Virus record (IMG/VR): IMGVR_UViG_3300032018_000006
Coordinates: 1 to 57,020 of that record
Source: a virus
Lineage: Duplodnaviria > Caudoviricetes
Direction: 5' to 3' (one strand)
Length of the DNA: 57,020 bases
Positions within the stretch are counted from its first letter, which is position 1; every line of letters begins with the position of its first letter. A model generated the notes under the pieces. The model had not been told where the DNA came from, did not search any database, and saw only the letters and a list, made by a program, of their open reading frames with translations. Shown in pieces: positions 28,909-38,438 of the stretch. Position numbers and translations under genes: made by a program.

Positions 28909-30204
28909 TTATGCAATACGTAATTGGAAAATTTTTACTTTTTTTTCTTCAGGCTCTTTTCCCTTCTCCTTTTCGATCAATAAATCAAGCACTTTCCGAT
29001 TAACCCGGTCATAAATTGAATAGTCAATTTCAATGTAAATATCAGCCATTTTATATTCATGATTGACATGGCCTAAACAAAAATCAACGTCGGCCTTGTC
29101 AACTTCAGCTTTATTCCGTGCCAGGCTCGCCCAGCTATGACGTGCCCAATTTGTTGTCACTTTTTGAAGCCCGAAATCTTCAGAAATGATCTTCATGCCT
29201 TTGTTTACGGATTTCATCAGGTTATAAGAATTGCAGTACCTGGCTCTTAAATCAGAAAGGAATCCATGGGAGCTGTACTTATCAATCAATCGCTGAAGTT
29301 CTGGCTCAATCCTAATTGATAGCAGGAAATTGTGAATATTGTCATCAGTATTGGTTTTGCTGCGTTCATAATTTACCCGGCCAGCTACCGGATCAGCCAA
29401 TTGATAAAGGTCGTTGATGTTTATTCCCATCAGGTAGAATTGCATCAGCCATACATCGCGACCAATGTTTTCACGTTCAGTTTTAAACACACTATCCCTG
29501 ATCTTTTTAATCTCTTCAATGCCAATATTTTTCCGCTTTCGCTTGTATTTCGGGACTTTCACCTTTAAGAATGGATTATGTGGGATTCTGATCAGATCAA
29601 TGTCATCATTGTTATACTCCAATTTGCATTTATTGAAGAGCGACCGGATAGCTTCAAGGTAATTACCTACCGCTCCTGGTTCCAGTGGCTTTTTATTTGG
29701 ACCGGCCTCGTAAAGTTTTTTGACGTACAGATTTAAATTTGTACTGGTTATTTCCTTAATGTCAATTGCTCCTTTCCCAAAATACCAGCAGAGCGATGAA
29801 ATCGCATTCTCATACCAGGAAGCTGTTTTTGCTTTTTTCGTCTTTAAAATTACCGATTTGCTGAATGCAACAAAATCAATTGTCTCATACTCTGGATCAG
29901 AACCTTCTATAAGGTAGTCTTTAACCTGTTTGCAAGTCATTTTTGAAATCCTACCTGATCCATGTTTTAATAAAAGTCTTCTGTAGTTTTGAATTATGTC
30001 GCCGATATCACAATTCACGGTATCAAAGCCCGGCCAATCTTCAGAAACTTCTCCTGAATTTTCCATGCAGCCAGGATGGATATAAAATTGGGTAGATATA
30101 TATTGACTTTCCCGATTGTGGTACAATCTGATTTTAATGTTTGTTGTACCGTCATTTTTAATGTGATTTTCCTGAGGAAATACGATTGCTTTAAATGTTG
30201 CCAT
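28909..30204 (-). CDS. int: Tyrosine integrase
   Basis: YERSKT, WARHSWA, LGH and Y catalytic region; next to attP; start taken as ATG 30204. Confidence 0.92.
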   Translation of the reverse strand: MATFKAIVFPQENHIKNDGTTNIKIRLYHNRESQYISTQFYIHPGCMENSGEVSEDWPGFDTVNCDIGDIIQNYRRLLLKHGSGRISKMTCKQVKDYLIEGSDPEYETIDFVAFSKSVILKTKKAKTASWYENAISSLCWYFGKGAIDIKEITSTNLNLYVKKLYEAGPNKKPLEPGAVGNYLEAIRSLFNKCKLEYNNDDIDLIRIPHNPFLKVKVPKYKRKRKNIGIEEIKKIRDSVFKTERENIGRDVWLMQFYLMGININDLYQLADPVAGRVNYERSKTNTDDNIHNFLLSIRIEPELQRLIDKYSSHGFLSDLRARYCNSYNLMKSVNKGMKIISEDFGLQKVTTNWARHSWASLARNKAEVDKADVDFCLGHVNHEYKMADIYIEIDYSIYDRVNRKVLDLLIEKEKGKEPEEKKVKIFQLRIA

Positions 30205-30267
30205 AAATTTTAGTTTTAATGGCTCTGCAATCAATTGAAAAAGCGTTAAAATTATGTCGAGTGTAAA

Positions 30268-30535
30268 AGTTCAAAGATAGTTCAAAGAAATACCCCCAAA
30301 AATGTATGAAATATTTACACTTTTTGCCACTTTTTAAGCAAAAGAGCGACAGGATGAACTTTATCATCGTGTCGCTTATCTCTATAAAATACTGATTTTC
30401 AGTATTTTTACTCTGTGGGCGATGACGGATTCGAACCGCCGACCCTCTGGGTGTAAACCAAGTGGGCAAAGTATGTAACGAACTATTTTTCAAGCGATTG
30501 CAAAGGTTTATTTTGTGAGTTCAAAGATAGTTCAA
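30268..30535. mobile_element. attP: core is the 3' half of tRNA-Val(UAC) at 30416-30460 (-), flanked by arm-type repeats
   Basis: Minus strand TGGTTTACACCCAGAGGGTCGGCGGTTCGAATCCGTCATCGCCCA; 18-bp direct repeats AGTTCAAAGATAGTTCAA at 30268 and 30518. Confidence 0.88.
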
Positions 30536-30724
30536 GTACGGACCTCTTTTTTCGGCCTTTTCTGAGTCGTTTTTGCCCTTTCCAAGCTTCCGGTTCAACC
30601 TTTCAACTTCGTTTTCAAGCAATGCATTTTCCTGCTCCAGGGCACTACATTTTGAGTGCGTTTCCTGAAGTTCTTTCCGGAGACTGGCTATCATGATGTC
30701 CTTATTTTCCATTTTATTCAACAT
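30521..30724 (-). CDS. Small coiled-coil hypothetical protein
   Basis: ORF track; heptad pattern. Confidence 0.5.
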   Translation of the reverse strand: MLNKMENKDIMIASLRKELQETHSKCSALEQENALLENEVERLNRKLGKGKNDSEKAEKRGPYLNYL

Positions 30725-31235
30725 CTTCAGGTTTTATATTATTCCGCAAAAACCACGGACGATCTTTGACTTTAATGTTTTGTAACGAACCATCACTTTT
30801 TACTTCTTCTTCCCTTTTCCTAATCTGGAAGGTATCAATCAAAGTATTCATATCTGATTCGGTGTACACATAGTCGGCCAATTCTTCAGGTTTTAATTCG
30901 CCTGATTCCACCCGGTGCAATTGCCTGTATTTTGCCTCCAGAAAGCAGATATAACTGTCATGCGAGTGCTGCAAGGCATAGAATATCCGGGTTTTATCCG
31001 TATGAGAATGGAACTTCATGTCATCCATCTCAAGTATGGTACCTTTCCAGTCAACCGTTGCCCAGAACAGGAGATTGAAATACTCCCATTTTTCAAATAC
31101 TTCCTTTATATTGACATTGACAATATTCATAGGTCCTGGGTTGAACCCCTCAAATGTCTTGGCCAGCTTCAGCGCGTTGTCAAAGTTCTTTGACCGGCTA
31201 GTGGGGAAATGAATTTTAATAGAAAACTCACTCAT
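30714..31235 (-). CDS. Hypothetical protein
   Basis: ORF track, 173 aa. Confidence 0.65.
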   Translation of the reverse strand: MSEFSIKIHFPTSRSKNFDNALKLAKTFEGFNPGPMNIVNVNIKEVFEKWEYFNLLFWATVDWKGTILEMDDMKFHSHTDKTRIFYALQHSHDSYICFLEAKYRQLHRVESGELKPEELADYVYTESDMNTLIDTFQIRKREEEVKSDGSLQNIKVKDRPWFLRNNIKPEDVE

Positions 31236-31272
31236 AATCTATATTTTATATAAATCACTAAAATCACACATC

Positions 31273-31470
31273 ATGTTAAAATCTACAGACCAAATCGAAA
31301 TTGAACTTGAAGTAAGGCAAGCTGCTATCCAAATTGCTTCCCGGTATGGAAAAGAAGGAGTAAGTTTCTTTCATTCAGAATTTTTAGCCATAGCCGAAGA
31401 ATATGCCAACGGCTGCGAATTGAACGAACAAAACAAGTTTATTCCTCCTCCTTTTCGAGTATCAATGTAA
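31273..31470 (+). CDS. Small hypothetical protein
   Basis: ATG after A-rich leader; converges on 31439-31642. Confidence 0.5.
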   Translation: MLKSTDQIEIELEVRQAAIQIASRYGKEGVSFFHSEFLAIAEEYANGCELNEQNKFIPPPFRVSM

Positions 31471-31642
31471 CGGCCAACGAGGGCTTTGTGTGTGACTGGC
31501 TTTTGGTCGTATTGGCGTCAAAGCTTGAGGTAGAAACCTGCGTTACAATCCATCCGTTTTCGGATATTTCTTTCATTATCGGAAGTTCTGTTGCCCTATC
31601 TAAGGCAGTTATTACCGTTATAACTCTCTGTTTTTTGCTCAT
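31439..31642 (-). CDS. Small hypothetical protein
   Basis: MSKKQRVITV...ENGWIV...LILEKE; A-rich leader. Confidence 0.55.
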   Translation of the reverse strand: MSKKQRVITVITALDRATELPIMKEISENGWIVTQVSTSSFDANTTKSQSHTKPSLAVTLILEKEEE

Positions 31643-31729
31643 AGTTTTATTTTTAAGTGGGGAAATGAATTTTAATAGAAAACTCACTCATAATCTATAT
31701 TTTATATAAATCACTAAAAAATCAAAGTC

Positions 31730-31879
31730 ATGCTATTCAAAAAAATCACCACCGAAACGAGTATTGGCAAATCAGGCGGACCTTACCTTAAACGCGAAAC
31801 AAAACTTTATTTCCTTGGAATTCTCATCTATAAAGGAAATACCGTTAAAAGTTATCAAGATTTTTCAGAGTCTTTTTAA
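31730..31879 (+). CDS. 49-aa hypothetical protein (below ORF-track cut-off)
   Basis: MLFKKITT...KLYFLGILIYK...ESF*, translated by hand. Confidence 0.45.
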   Translation: MLFKKITTETSIGKSGGPYLKRETKLYFLGILIYKGNTVKSYQDFSESF

Positions 31880-32030
31880 TGTCCTCATAAGACTCTTTTA
31901 CATTTTTTGTTTTCCCCTCTATAAGCAAAACAAAAGTTCCATTCTCGGTTGGGTGGAAGTAAATGATATGGCTTATATTTATAAGCGCAGTTCCTGATTC
32001 TATTGCTGTCAATTCAATAAATTTATTCAT
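31845..32030 (-). CDS. FlbD-like small protein
   Basis: KFIELT...LINISHI...VKESYEDI; similar to 34790-35053. Confidence 0.55.
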   Translation of the reverse strand: MNKFIELTAIESGTALINISHIIYFHPTENGTFVLLIEGKTKNVKESYEDIKKTLKNLDNF

Positions 32031-32054
32031 AGTCTTTTTTATGGTTTTAGTTGC

Positions 32055-32833
32055 TTAATTAGTGTCCTTAACACAACGTACAGATAATCCAGTTTGATAA
32101 TCTCTGTGAAATTTCTCAGGATTTCCATAATTGTATCCTATTACATTCATCCATGCTTCTTTATTCCCATAATCAGTGGTTGACCACCAGTAAGAGTAAC
32201 TACCCAAGTCACTGAAACTGCCCGAAGGGTCACGAATGCCGCATGGAATGGCAGAAAAACCAGTGCTATTATTTTTTGATAAATCATAGCCAACATCACC
32301 AGTCGTGTATTCAGACATCGTTGTAATAACTTGCCAATCAGTTGTAGCGGCTAATGATTTTGAGACATGTACAATTCCGCTTGTAACTAAATAGGAGTAC
32401 AGGGTTGTCCAATCTGCATCAGAAGCGACATGCCACCCAGAAGGAGCAATATCATGGATTGTCGTAGATGTACCTTGTGCATTCGTTTCAGTGATTGTGG
32501 TTCTACGTGCAGCCCACCACGTATATAATCTTCCATATTTAGCAACTTTTGTTTCATCTCCATTATATGCCCATTGATATCTAGGATCTCTTTCTCCAGA
32601 GATATTTTCATTTGGTGTTTTTGTAGTTTTAATTAAATCGCCATTTGCGTATTTTGTTGTTCTTAAGTTTTCAGCCATCCACGTTTGATTACCTATAATA
32701 ATTGTTTTATAGGTATTACCATCAACATCAGTAACAGAACCATAAACGATTGGCTTACTTGTTGTTTCATCCTCTTTTTTACAGGAAACAAACGCTAATA
32801 AAATAAGGCAATAAGTAAAAGTTTGTTTTTCAT
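32055..32833 (-). pseudogene. Fibrobacter succinogenes major paralogous domain (FISUMP) lipoprotein with out-of-frame signal peptide start
   Basis: DVDGNTYKT..IGNQTWMAENL, YGRLYTW and SVRCVKD motifs; ATG 32833 is one base out of frame with the lipobox FVSC. Confidence 0.7.
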
Positions 32834-32899
32834 GATTTGGGTTATAAGCTGATATTATTGGTTAAATTAGACTGCAATGTTCTTTTCTGAAAACCACAA

Positions 32900-33268
32900 C
32901 TAGCTTACTTTTTTATTGGCAAGTTCGCGGAGCAAGTCAATACACTCATTTTTACACTCAATAAGTTCTTTATTAAGCCTCGCTATTTCAGTATCCTTTT
33001 TCTTGCACTCAGGACATGTTCTTTTATACAATTGGGTTCCTTCTTCAACCTTATCAATTTCTGTTTGGCTCAAAAGCATGGGTTCTTTTCCTGTTTTTAG
33101 CCACTCAATATTTAAGTCTGGATATGCTTTTTCAATTTTATTCAAGCTCTTAAGGGTGATATTATCACCAACCTTATTCACAAACCCTCTGGAAAGTCCA
33201 GCTTTTGTTTCAAATTTCAGTTGACCTATTCCTAAATAGGCTAAATATTCTACTAATCTTTCCTTCAT
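32900..33268 (-). CDS. CI-like XRE repressor
   Basis: MKERL...FETKAGLSRGFV...PDLNIEWLKTG; divergent from the Cro-like gene. Confidence 0.85.
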   Translation of the reverse strand: MKERLVEYLAYLGIGQLKFETKAGLSRGFVNKVGDNITLKSLNKIEKAYPDLNIEWLKTGKEPMLLSQTEIDKVEEGTQLYKRTCPECKKKDTEIARLNKELIECKNECIDLLRELANKKVS

Positions 33269-33329
33269 CTATTTATTTGAATTTACGGAACACATACCGT
33301 ATATTTGCCTAAACTCTAAATCAAATCAC

Positions 33330-33635
33330 ATGAAAATCAAAATCACAGTTAGCCGCGAAGAACTCGAAAAACAAGTTGAATCGTACTTTGTAAAAAGCTA
33401 CTCACAATGGGTTGATTTCGCCTGTTTTCACAACAAAAAAGCAGCAATCAAACTCGATGTTCCTGATCTTATTTTTAATGCCAAAATGAAAGTATTTAAG
33501 CTTAAGAATAAGGAAATAGCTAGCTTATTGTACTCAAAACGTTTCACTTATATTCAACTTCACATCTTCGTACTTCGATACATCAAAGATTCATTTCTGA
33601 CTAATCATCAGACTTCTCGTCAAAATCCTTCTTAA
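33330..33635 (+). CDS. Hypothetical protein
   Basis: ORF downstream of the TATATTTG box at 33300. Confidence 0.55.
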   Translation: MKIKITVSREELEKQVESYFVKSYSQWVDFACFHNKKAAIKLDVPDLIFNAKMKVFKLKNKEIASLLYSKRFTYIQLHIFVLRYIKDSFLTNHQTSRQNPS

Positions 33636-33810
33636 ATCCTTTAAAGTTTTCGTCTATCTGCTTCAACAAACGATAGACTTCTTTAAGTAGATTATAATTC
33701 TCATCCTCCAATAGCGCTATGGCTTGCATCATAGCGCTATTTTTTGTGAATAATTCACTTACCTGAGCTCTCAGGCCGTCAATAGTCCTGTCTTTTTCAA
33801 ATTCATCCAT
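33601..33810 (-). CDS. Small coiled-coil hypothetical protein
   Basis: ORF track. Confidence 0.5.
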   Translation of the reverse strand: MDEFEKDRTIDGLRAQVSELFTKNSAMMQAIALLEDENYNLLKEVYRLLKQIDENFKGFKKDFDEKSDD

Positions 33811-33993
33811 GATTTAGTTTTTAATTGTTTGTTTTTCAGTTAGTTGAAAAATAATATTGTTTTTTACGGAAAATATTCTGTATTTATTTGTTTTTACGGT
33901 ATACACACCGTATATTTACATCATTATTAAACTATGTCGCAATTCAAAGTAAGCGCAAAAAAATTAATCAATAAAGATAAAAATTAATCCATT

Positions 33994-34245
33994 ATGGAAA
34001 AGGCAGACATTGAAAAATTAAACAGCCAGTTAAAAAAAGGAGATAAAAAAGAAATCTCACGTCTGGCAGGGCTTTCAGCGGTTACTCTCAATAAATTCTT
34101 CAAGGGCAAGGAAGACCGTATTGCCGAACAAAATGTGACAAAGATTCTGGAGGCGGCAGCGATTGTGATCAAAAATCGTGAAAAGCTGAAAAAGAAGAAT
34201 GAAGCAATAAATCAGGCAATTCTTAATTCAACCCTAAAAGTCTAA
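33994..34245 (+). CDS. Cro-like HTH protein
   Basis: KKEISRLAGLSAVTLNKFFKG HTH; divergent from the repressor. Confidence 0.75.
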   Translation: MEKADIEKLNSQLKKGDKKEISRLAGLSAVTLNKFFKGKEDRIAEQNVTKILEAAAIVIKNREKLKKKNEAINQAILNSTLKV

Positions 34246-34248
34246 GCC

Positions 34249-34422
34249 ATGTCACAGACCAGAAATCAAATCAGCAAAGAAACTCAGGCAAAATTTGACG
34301 AATTAGTTAAAGACCCTGAGTTTGTAAAGTTTGCAGTGTTCCAGTTCAAGCCACAAACCCAAGGGCAAAAGAATCTGGTTGGATATGCTATTCACCGTCA
34401 TTTCCAAATCAAAACCAACTAA
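34249..34422 (+). CDS. 57-aa hypothetical protein
   Basis: MSQTRNQISKETQAKF..., translated by hand. Confidence 0.5.
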   Translation: MSQTRNQISKETQAKFDELVKDPEFVKFAVFQFKPQTQGQKNLVGYAIHRHFQIKTN

Positions 34423-34440
34423 CCCCAAATACTTAACAGC

Positions 34441-34833
34441 ATGAACTCATTTGAAAACATTATCACCAAAATTGAAAATGGCGGGCTTCCGTATGCTACT
34501 GGTTTACATTTCTCTCAAGCACAGATCAACGAAATAGAAACTTTACTTGAGAGCCGCAAAACAGAAATCGACAACTATTTCAACAACCATATCAGGCCAA
34601 AGCTCGACCAATCCGAGAACACAGACCGCGAACTTCGCAAATGGGTACTGACTTTTGAACACTCATACTCTGAACGGATACTCGATGCAATCGAATTTCT
34701 GAAAGGGTGCGAAGACCTCGCCAAAGGCAAAGAACTCTGGTTAATGTTTCGCGGCAAGAATCAGGAGAAGCTTCGCGCGATGCAAGATTTCATCGAGACT
34801 GGGTCTGAGGCTTCGCTAGTAAAAGGCCTATAA
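34441..34833 (+). CDS. Hypothetical protein
   Basis: ORF track. Confidence 0.55.
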   Translation: MNSFENIITKIENGGLPYATGLHFSQAQINEIETLLESRKTEIDNYFNNHIRPKLDQSENTDRELRKWVLTFEHSYSERILDAIEFLKGCEDLAKGKELWLMFRGKNQEKLRAMQDFIETGSEASLVKGL

Positions 34834-35053
34834 CCGTAGCGTAATCCTGATCAACATCAATCGTAAGGCAATTAGGTATGATGATCTCGAATACAGGAGC
34901 TGCTGACGAAGGCTTACGTTCAAGGTATTGGTACTGGTTTATTCTTAACTCAGTCTGTTCATCAGAAAACCCGGATATGGTAACTGAAATAACGTGATCG
35001 GCATTGACAAGGATGGGTTTTCCACCAGTTGTCAATTCAACAAATTTGCTCAT
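34790..35053 (-). CDS. FlbD-like small protein
   Basis: KFVELT...ILVNADHV...VDQDYATV. Confidence 0.55.
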   Translation of the reverse strand: MSKFVELTTGGKPILVNADHVISVTISGFSDEQTELRINQYQYLERKPSSAAPVFEIIIPNCLTIDVDQDYATVIGLLLAKPQTQSR

Positions 35054-35179
35054 AGTGTTTAGTATTTAATCATTTAAAAGCAGGGAGGCGCTTCAAGTTT
35101 GGCGACCAACAGCGCCTCCCTTAGTTCAGTAAACAATTTTCAATAATTAATCAAAAATCATTATCCAAAAACCAAATAT

Positions 35180-35461
35180 ATGAAAAAACAGTCTGCAATT
35201 AAAAAAATCAGGCCAAATCTGGAAAATTTACCACTTACAGAGTATTACAGCACCCTGCCAGATGTTCGGAAAGTACCCAAAGGCACTTTTACCCACAAGT
35301 CAATCCTCCTTCATGCCATTTCACAAGCTGTCGGGAAGCCGGCTACAAGTATCCGCAGGTGGGTAGCCGGAACCGTACAACCAGCCCCAACAGAGAAGGC
35401 TCAAATAGCCAAAATCCTGAAGTGCTCAGTTGAATGCCTATTCCCTGTTAGCCATGAGTAA
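35180..35461 (+). CDS. XRE-family HTH regulator
   Basis: ISQAVGKPATSIRRWVAG...IAKILKCSVECLFP. Confidence 0.8.
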   Translation: MKKQSAIKKIRPNLENLPLTEYYSTLPDVRKVPKGTFTHKSILLHAISQAVGKPATSIRRWVAGTVQPAPTEKAQIAKILKCSVECLFPVSHE

Positions 35462-36005
35462 CATCGAATTCTATATCACTCCAAAGGGAGACATCATGGT
35501 TCATGATCAGGAAGGTGTCCGTCAACTGAAAGAATCCGATCGGCAAAGCATCTCAGAATTACTTGCTAAAATTCAGGAATTCTATCCGGAATCAATTTCA
35601 GCTCTTTCAAAGATTTACGAGAAAAAGCGCCACAACATCCCTCATTATGAGTTTTGCATTGTCCGTCGCTTCATCAAATGTAACTGGGGCAAATTCGACA
35701 GTATCATAGATATTGACCAATTGGGAAACTTCAATTTCGAAGAGGTTGATTGTCCGCTACGTGGCGAATGTGCGCTTGAAGGGATCGTTTGCAGGCCAAA
35801 ATTCAACTCCAAGCTTTCTGATCGGGAACTGGAAATCATGCGCTACTTCTATGAAAACATGTCAGTAGAGGCTATTGCTTCAAAAATCTTCCTATCAGTT
35901 GAAACAGTCAAGACTCACAAGCGCAATGCTTTTAAGCGTGTAAAAGTACACTCACTATCCGAATTTTTCATTTACGCTAAAGACAATAATTTATTTGACA
36001 ATTGA
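35454..36005 (+). CDS. LuxR-type HTH regulator
   Basis: LSDRELEI...IASKIFLSVETVKTHKRN; CPLRGEC motif. Confidence 0.85.
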   Translation: MSNIEFYITPKGDIMVHDQEGVRQLKESDRQSISELLAKIQEFYPESISALSKIYEKKRHNIPHYEFCIVRRFIKCNWGKFDSIIDIDQLGNFNFEEVDCPLRGECALEGIVCRPKFNSKLSDRELEIMRYFYENMSVEAIASKIFLSVETVKTHKRNAFKRVKVHSLSEFFIYAKDNNLFDN

Positions 36006-36149
36006 TAAACCCAATCAACTAAATAATCAATCACGCACAGCCCTGCAAAGCGTTGCAACGGTGTTAAAACATAGTCCAGCTCGCTTATCTCTATAAAGAC
36101 TCTAACAGTGCAAAGATTACCCAGTTAAAAATCAATCACAGTAAAAAAA

Positions 36150-36512
36150 ATGGAAAGAGAAGATATTGAAAATATTACAGCATTGATCGGAATTTGCATA
36201 ATCGACACGCTTTCGCGCCTCGACCTGATTACTGAAAATCTCAGCCAATCGAAAGCCCATGAAATTTATGGGAAAAAGAACATAGTAAAGTGGAGACAAT
36301 TAGGCTGGATTGTGGCATACGAAAGCGGTAATAAGACCTACGCAACAGTTTACTACAGGCGCTCAGAGTGCGAGAAAGCTATGCTGATGACCGAAGCAAG
36401 CGATAAACCCCGAAAGGGATTAAGGATAAATCAATTAATCGATTCACAAATCAAATCACATCACAATTATGAAAACAGTAAAAATCACAAAGCTATCCCT
36501 GCTAAACTTTAA
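36150..36512 (+). CDS. Excisionase-like winged-helix protein
   Basis: LSQSKAHEIYG...KWRQLGWI...VYYRRSE pattern; upstream motif shared with attP. Confidence 0.5.
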   Translation: MEREDIENITALIGICIIDTLSRLDLITENLSQSKAHEIYGKKNIVKWRQLGWIVAYESGNKTYATVYYRRSECEKAMLMTEASDKPRKGLRINQLIDSQIKSHHNYENSKNHKAIPAKL

Positions 36513-38412
36513 AGGGATCAAGAATTTCGAAATTGAGTTTAACGACTCAACCCGCATTTACGGAAGCAACAGAGCCGGAAAGACAACTCTGGTGGATGCT
36601 TTTACCTGGCTCCTTTTTGGAAAGGATTCAACCGACCGCAAAGATTTTAGCATCAAAACGCTCGATTCTGAAAACAGGGTAATTGAAAAGCTTGATCATG
36701 AAGTCACAGGTGTATTCGAAGTAAACAACGAAACTATTACCCTTCGCCGGGTTCTTCGCGAAAAATGGGTAACCCGCAGAGGTTCTGAAACGCCGGAAAT
36801 GCAAGGACATGAAACACTGTTTTTCTGGAATGACGTACCTCTTCAGGCCGGAGAATACCAGGCTAAGGTTGATTCAATCATTTCTGAGCAAACATTCAAT
36901 ATGATTACCTCACCGCTTTATTTCAACTCCTTAAAATGGCAGGACAGGCGCAATATCCTCACTACGATTGCCGGAAATGTTTCAGATAGTGATATCGCTG
37001 GTACCAGAAAAGATTTTCAGGATCTGCTCGCAGTGATGGGAAGTAAGTCACTCGAAGAATACAAAAAGGAGCTGGCAGCCAAAAAGAAAAAGCTGAAGGA
37101 CGAATTAACACTCATTCCTGCCCGAATCGCTGAACTGGATCACAATACTCCGGAAGCTAAGGACTGGAAGATTATTCAGGACGAAATTGATATTCTGAAC
37201 AACCAGATTGAAGCAATTGACAGTCAGATTGCAGATTCATCCAAAGGGCATGAGGCTTACTATCAGGAAAAACAAAACAGGCTCCGGAAGATCAACGATC
37301 TGAAAACAAAGATTTCGGACATTGAATATAAGGGTCGCCAGGCTTTCAGCGCTCAGGTCAATGACAAACAGGCAGCTATTGAGAATGCAAAACGCCGGAT
37401 TAGCGATTTCAACTTCAGAAAATCAGATTCAGTAAAAGAACTGGAAACCCTCCAGACCAGCATCGAGATTTTTAAGGCTGAACAAAACAAGCTGCGTGAT
37501 GAATGGGGTAAAGTGAACGAGGAAGAAATGCCGGAAGTAAAAGCTGGTGATTGCACTTGCTATGCTTGTGGACAGGCTCTTCCGGAAGATCAACTTCAAT
37601 CAAAAAAATCTCATGCTCTCACAAAATTCAATGCCGATAAAGACAAGCGTTTGACCTCTATCAGGGCTGAAGGTTTGGCTATCAATCCACGCATTGAAAA
37701 ACTGGAAAAGCAGATTGAGGAAATTAAAGGTACTGACTACGATAAACTGATTTCTGATCAACAGGAAATCGTTCGTACTTGGGAAGCAAAAGAAGTTAAA
37801 AGCATTCAGGCTTTGCTTGCCGACAATACCGAATACCATCAGATAGTAAAAGACCTTAACGAACTCGAATCAACTCCTGAAGCAGAAATGGCTCCTGTTG
37901 ACAATACCAGCCTTAAACTGAAGAAATCGGGCTATGCTTCACGCATTGACGAATTGAAAAGACAGTTATCAGCAAAGGATCAAATCGAACAGGCAAAGAA
38001 CCGGAGAAATGAGCTTTCAGCACAGGAAAAAGAGTTTGCTACTCAATTGGCAGGGTTCGAAAAATCAGAATTCATCATTTCCGAATTTACCAAGGCTAAA
38101 GTTGACATCCTGGAATCACGGATCAACAACATGTTCTCAGGTGTCAGATTCCGGTTATTCGACACCCAAATTAATGGAGGACTGGTTGAATGTTGCGATG
38201 CGATTGTGAATGGCGTTCCGTGGCTCGATGTTAACAGCGCAGACAAGATCAATTCCGGCATCTCAATCATCAACGTTCTTTCTGCCCATTATGGTCAAAC
38301 GGCTCCTATCTGGTTGGACAATGCTGAGGGAGTTACAGATATCCTTAAAACAGATTCTCAACTAATCGAATTGTATGTTTCGGCTGATGATAAAACTTTA
38401 AGAATCGCATAA
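36469..38412 (+). CDS. Rad50/SbcC-like ATPase with coiled coil
   Basis: GSNRAGKT Walker A, CYAC hook, WLDNAE Walker B. Confidence 0.9.
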   Translation: MKTVKITKLSLLNFKGIKNFEIEFNDSTRIYGSNRAGKTTLVDAFTWLLFGKDSTDRKDFSIKTLDSENRVIEKLDHEVTGVFEVNNETITLRRVLREKWVTRRGSETPEMQGHETLFFWNDVPLQAGEYQAKVDSIISEQTFNMITSPLYFNSLKWQDRRNILTTIAGNVSDSDIAGTRKDFQDLLAVMGSKSLEEYKKELAAKKKKLKDELTLIPARIAELDHNTPEAKDWKIIQDEIDILNNQIEAIDSQIADSSKGHEAYYQEKQNRLRKINDLKTKISDIEYKGRQAFSAQVNDKQAAIENAKRRISDFNFRKSDSVKELETLQTSIEIFKAEQNKLRDEWGKVNEEEMPEVKAGDCTCYACGQALPEDQLQSKKSHALTKFNADKDKRLTSIRAEGLAINPRIEKLEKQIEEIKGTDYDKLISDQQEIVRTWEAKEVKSIQALLADNTEYHQIVKDLNELESTPEAEMAPVDNTSLKLKKSGYASRIDELKRQLSAKDQIEQAKNRRNELSAQEKEFATQLAGFEKSEFIISEFTKAKVDILESRINNMFSGVRFRLFDTQINGGLVECCDAIVNGVPWLDVNSADKINSGISIINVLSAHYGQTAPIWLDNAEGVTDILKTDSQLIELYVSADDKTLRIA

Positions 38413-38438
38413 TCACTCACTTTAAAATCATAATCACA

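Larger units (their letters stand above)
31200..31719. repeat. 64-bp perfect direct repeat (31200-31263 and 31656-31719)
   Basis: AGTGGGGAAATGAATTTTAATAGAAAACTCACTCATAATCTATATTTTATATAAATCACTAAAA occurs twice. Confidence 0.92.
33284..33912. promoter_or_regulatory. Three candidate operators TACGG-N8-C(C/T)GTA
   Basis: At 33284-33301, 33865-33882 and 33895-33912; two overlap TATATTT(G/A) promoter boxes. Confidence 0.7.

Noticed and set aside
30416-30460. Functional tRNA-Val gene
   Set aside because: The 5' acceptor strand and D arm are missing; it is better explained as the attP core.
30191-30493. 100-aa ORF across attP
   Set aside because: It translates through the tRNA fragment and recombination sites, so it is likely spurious.
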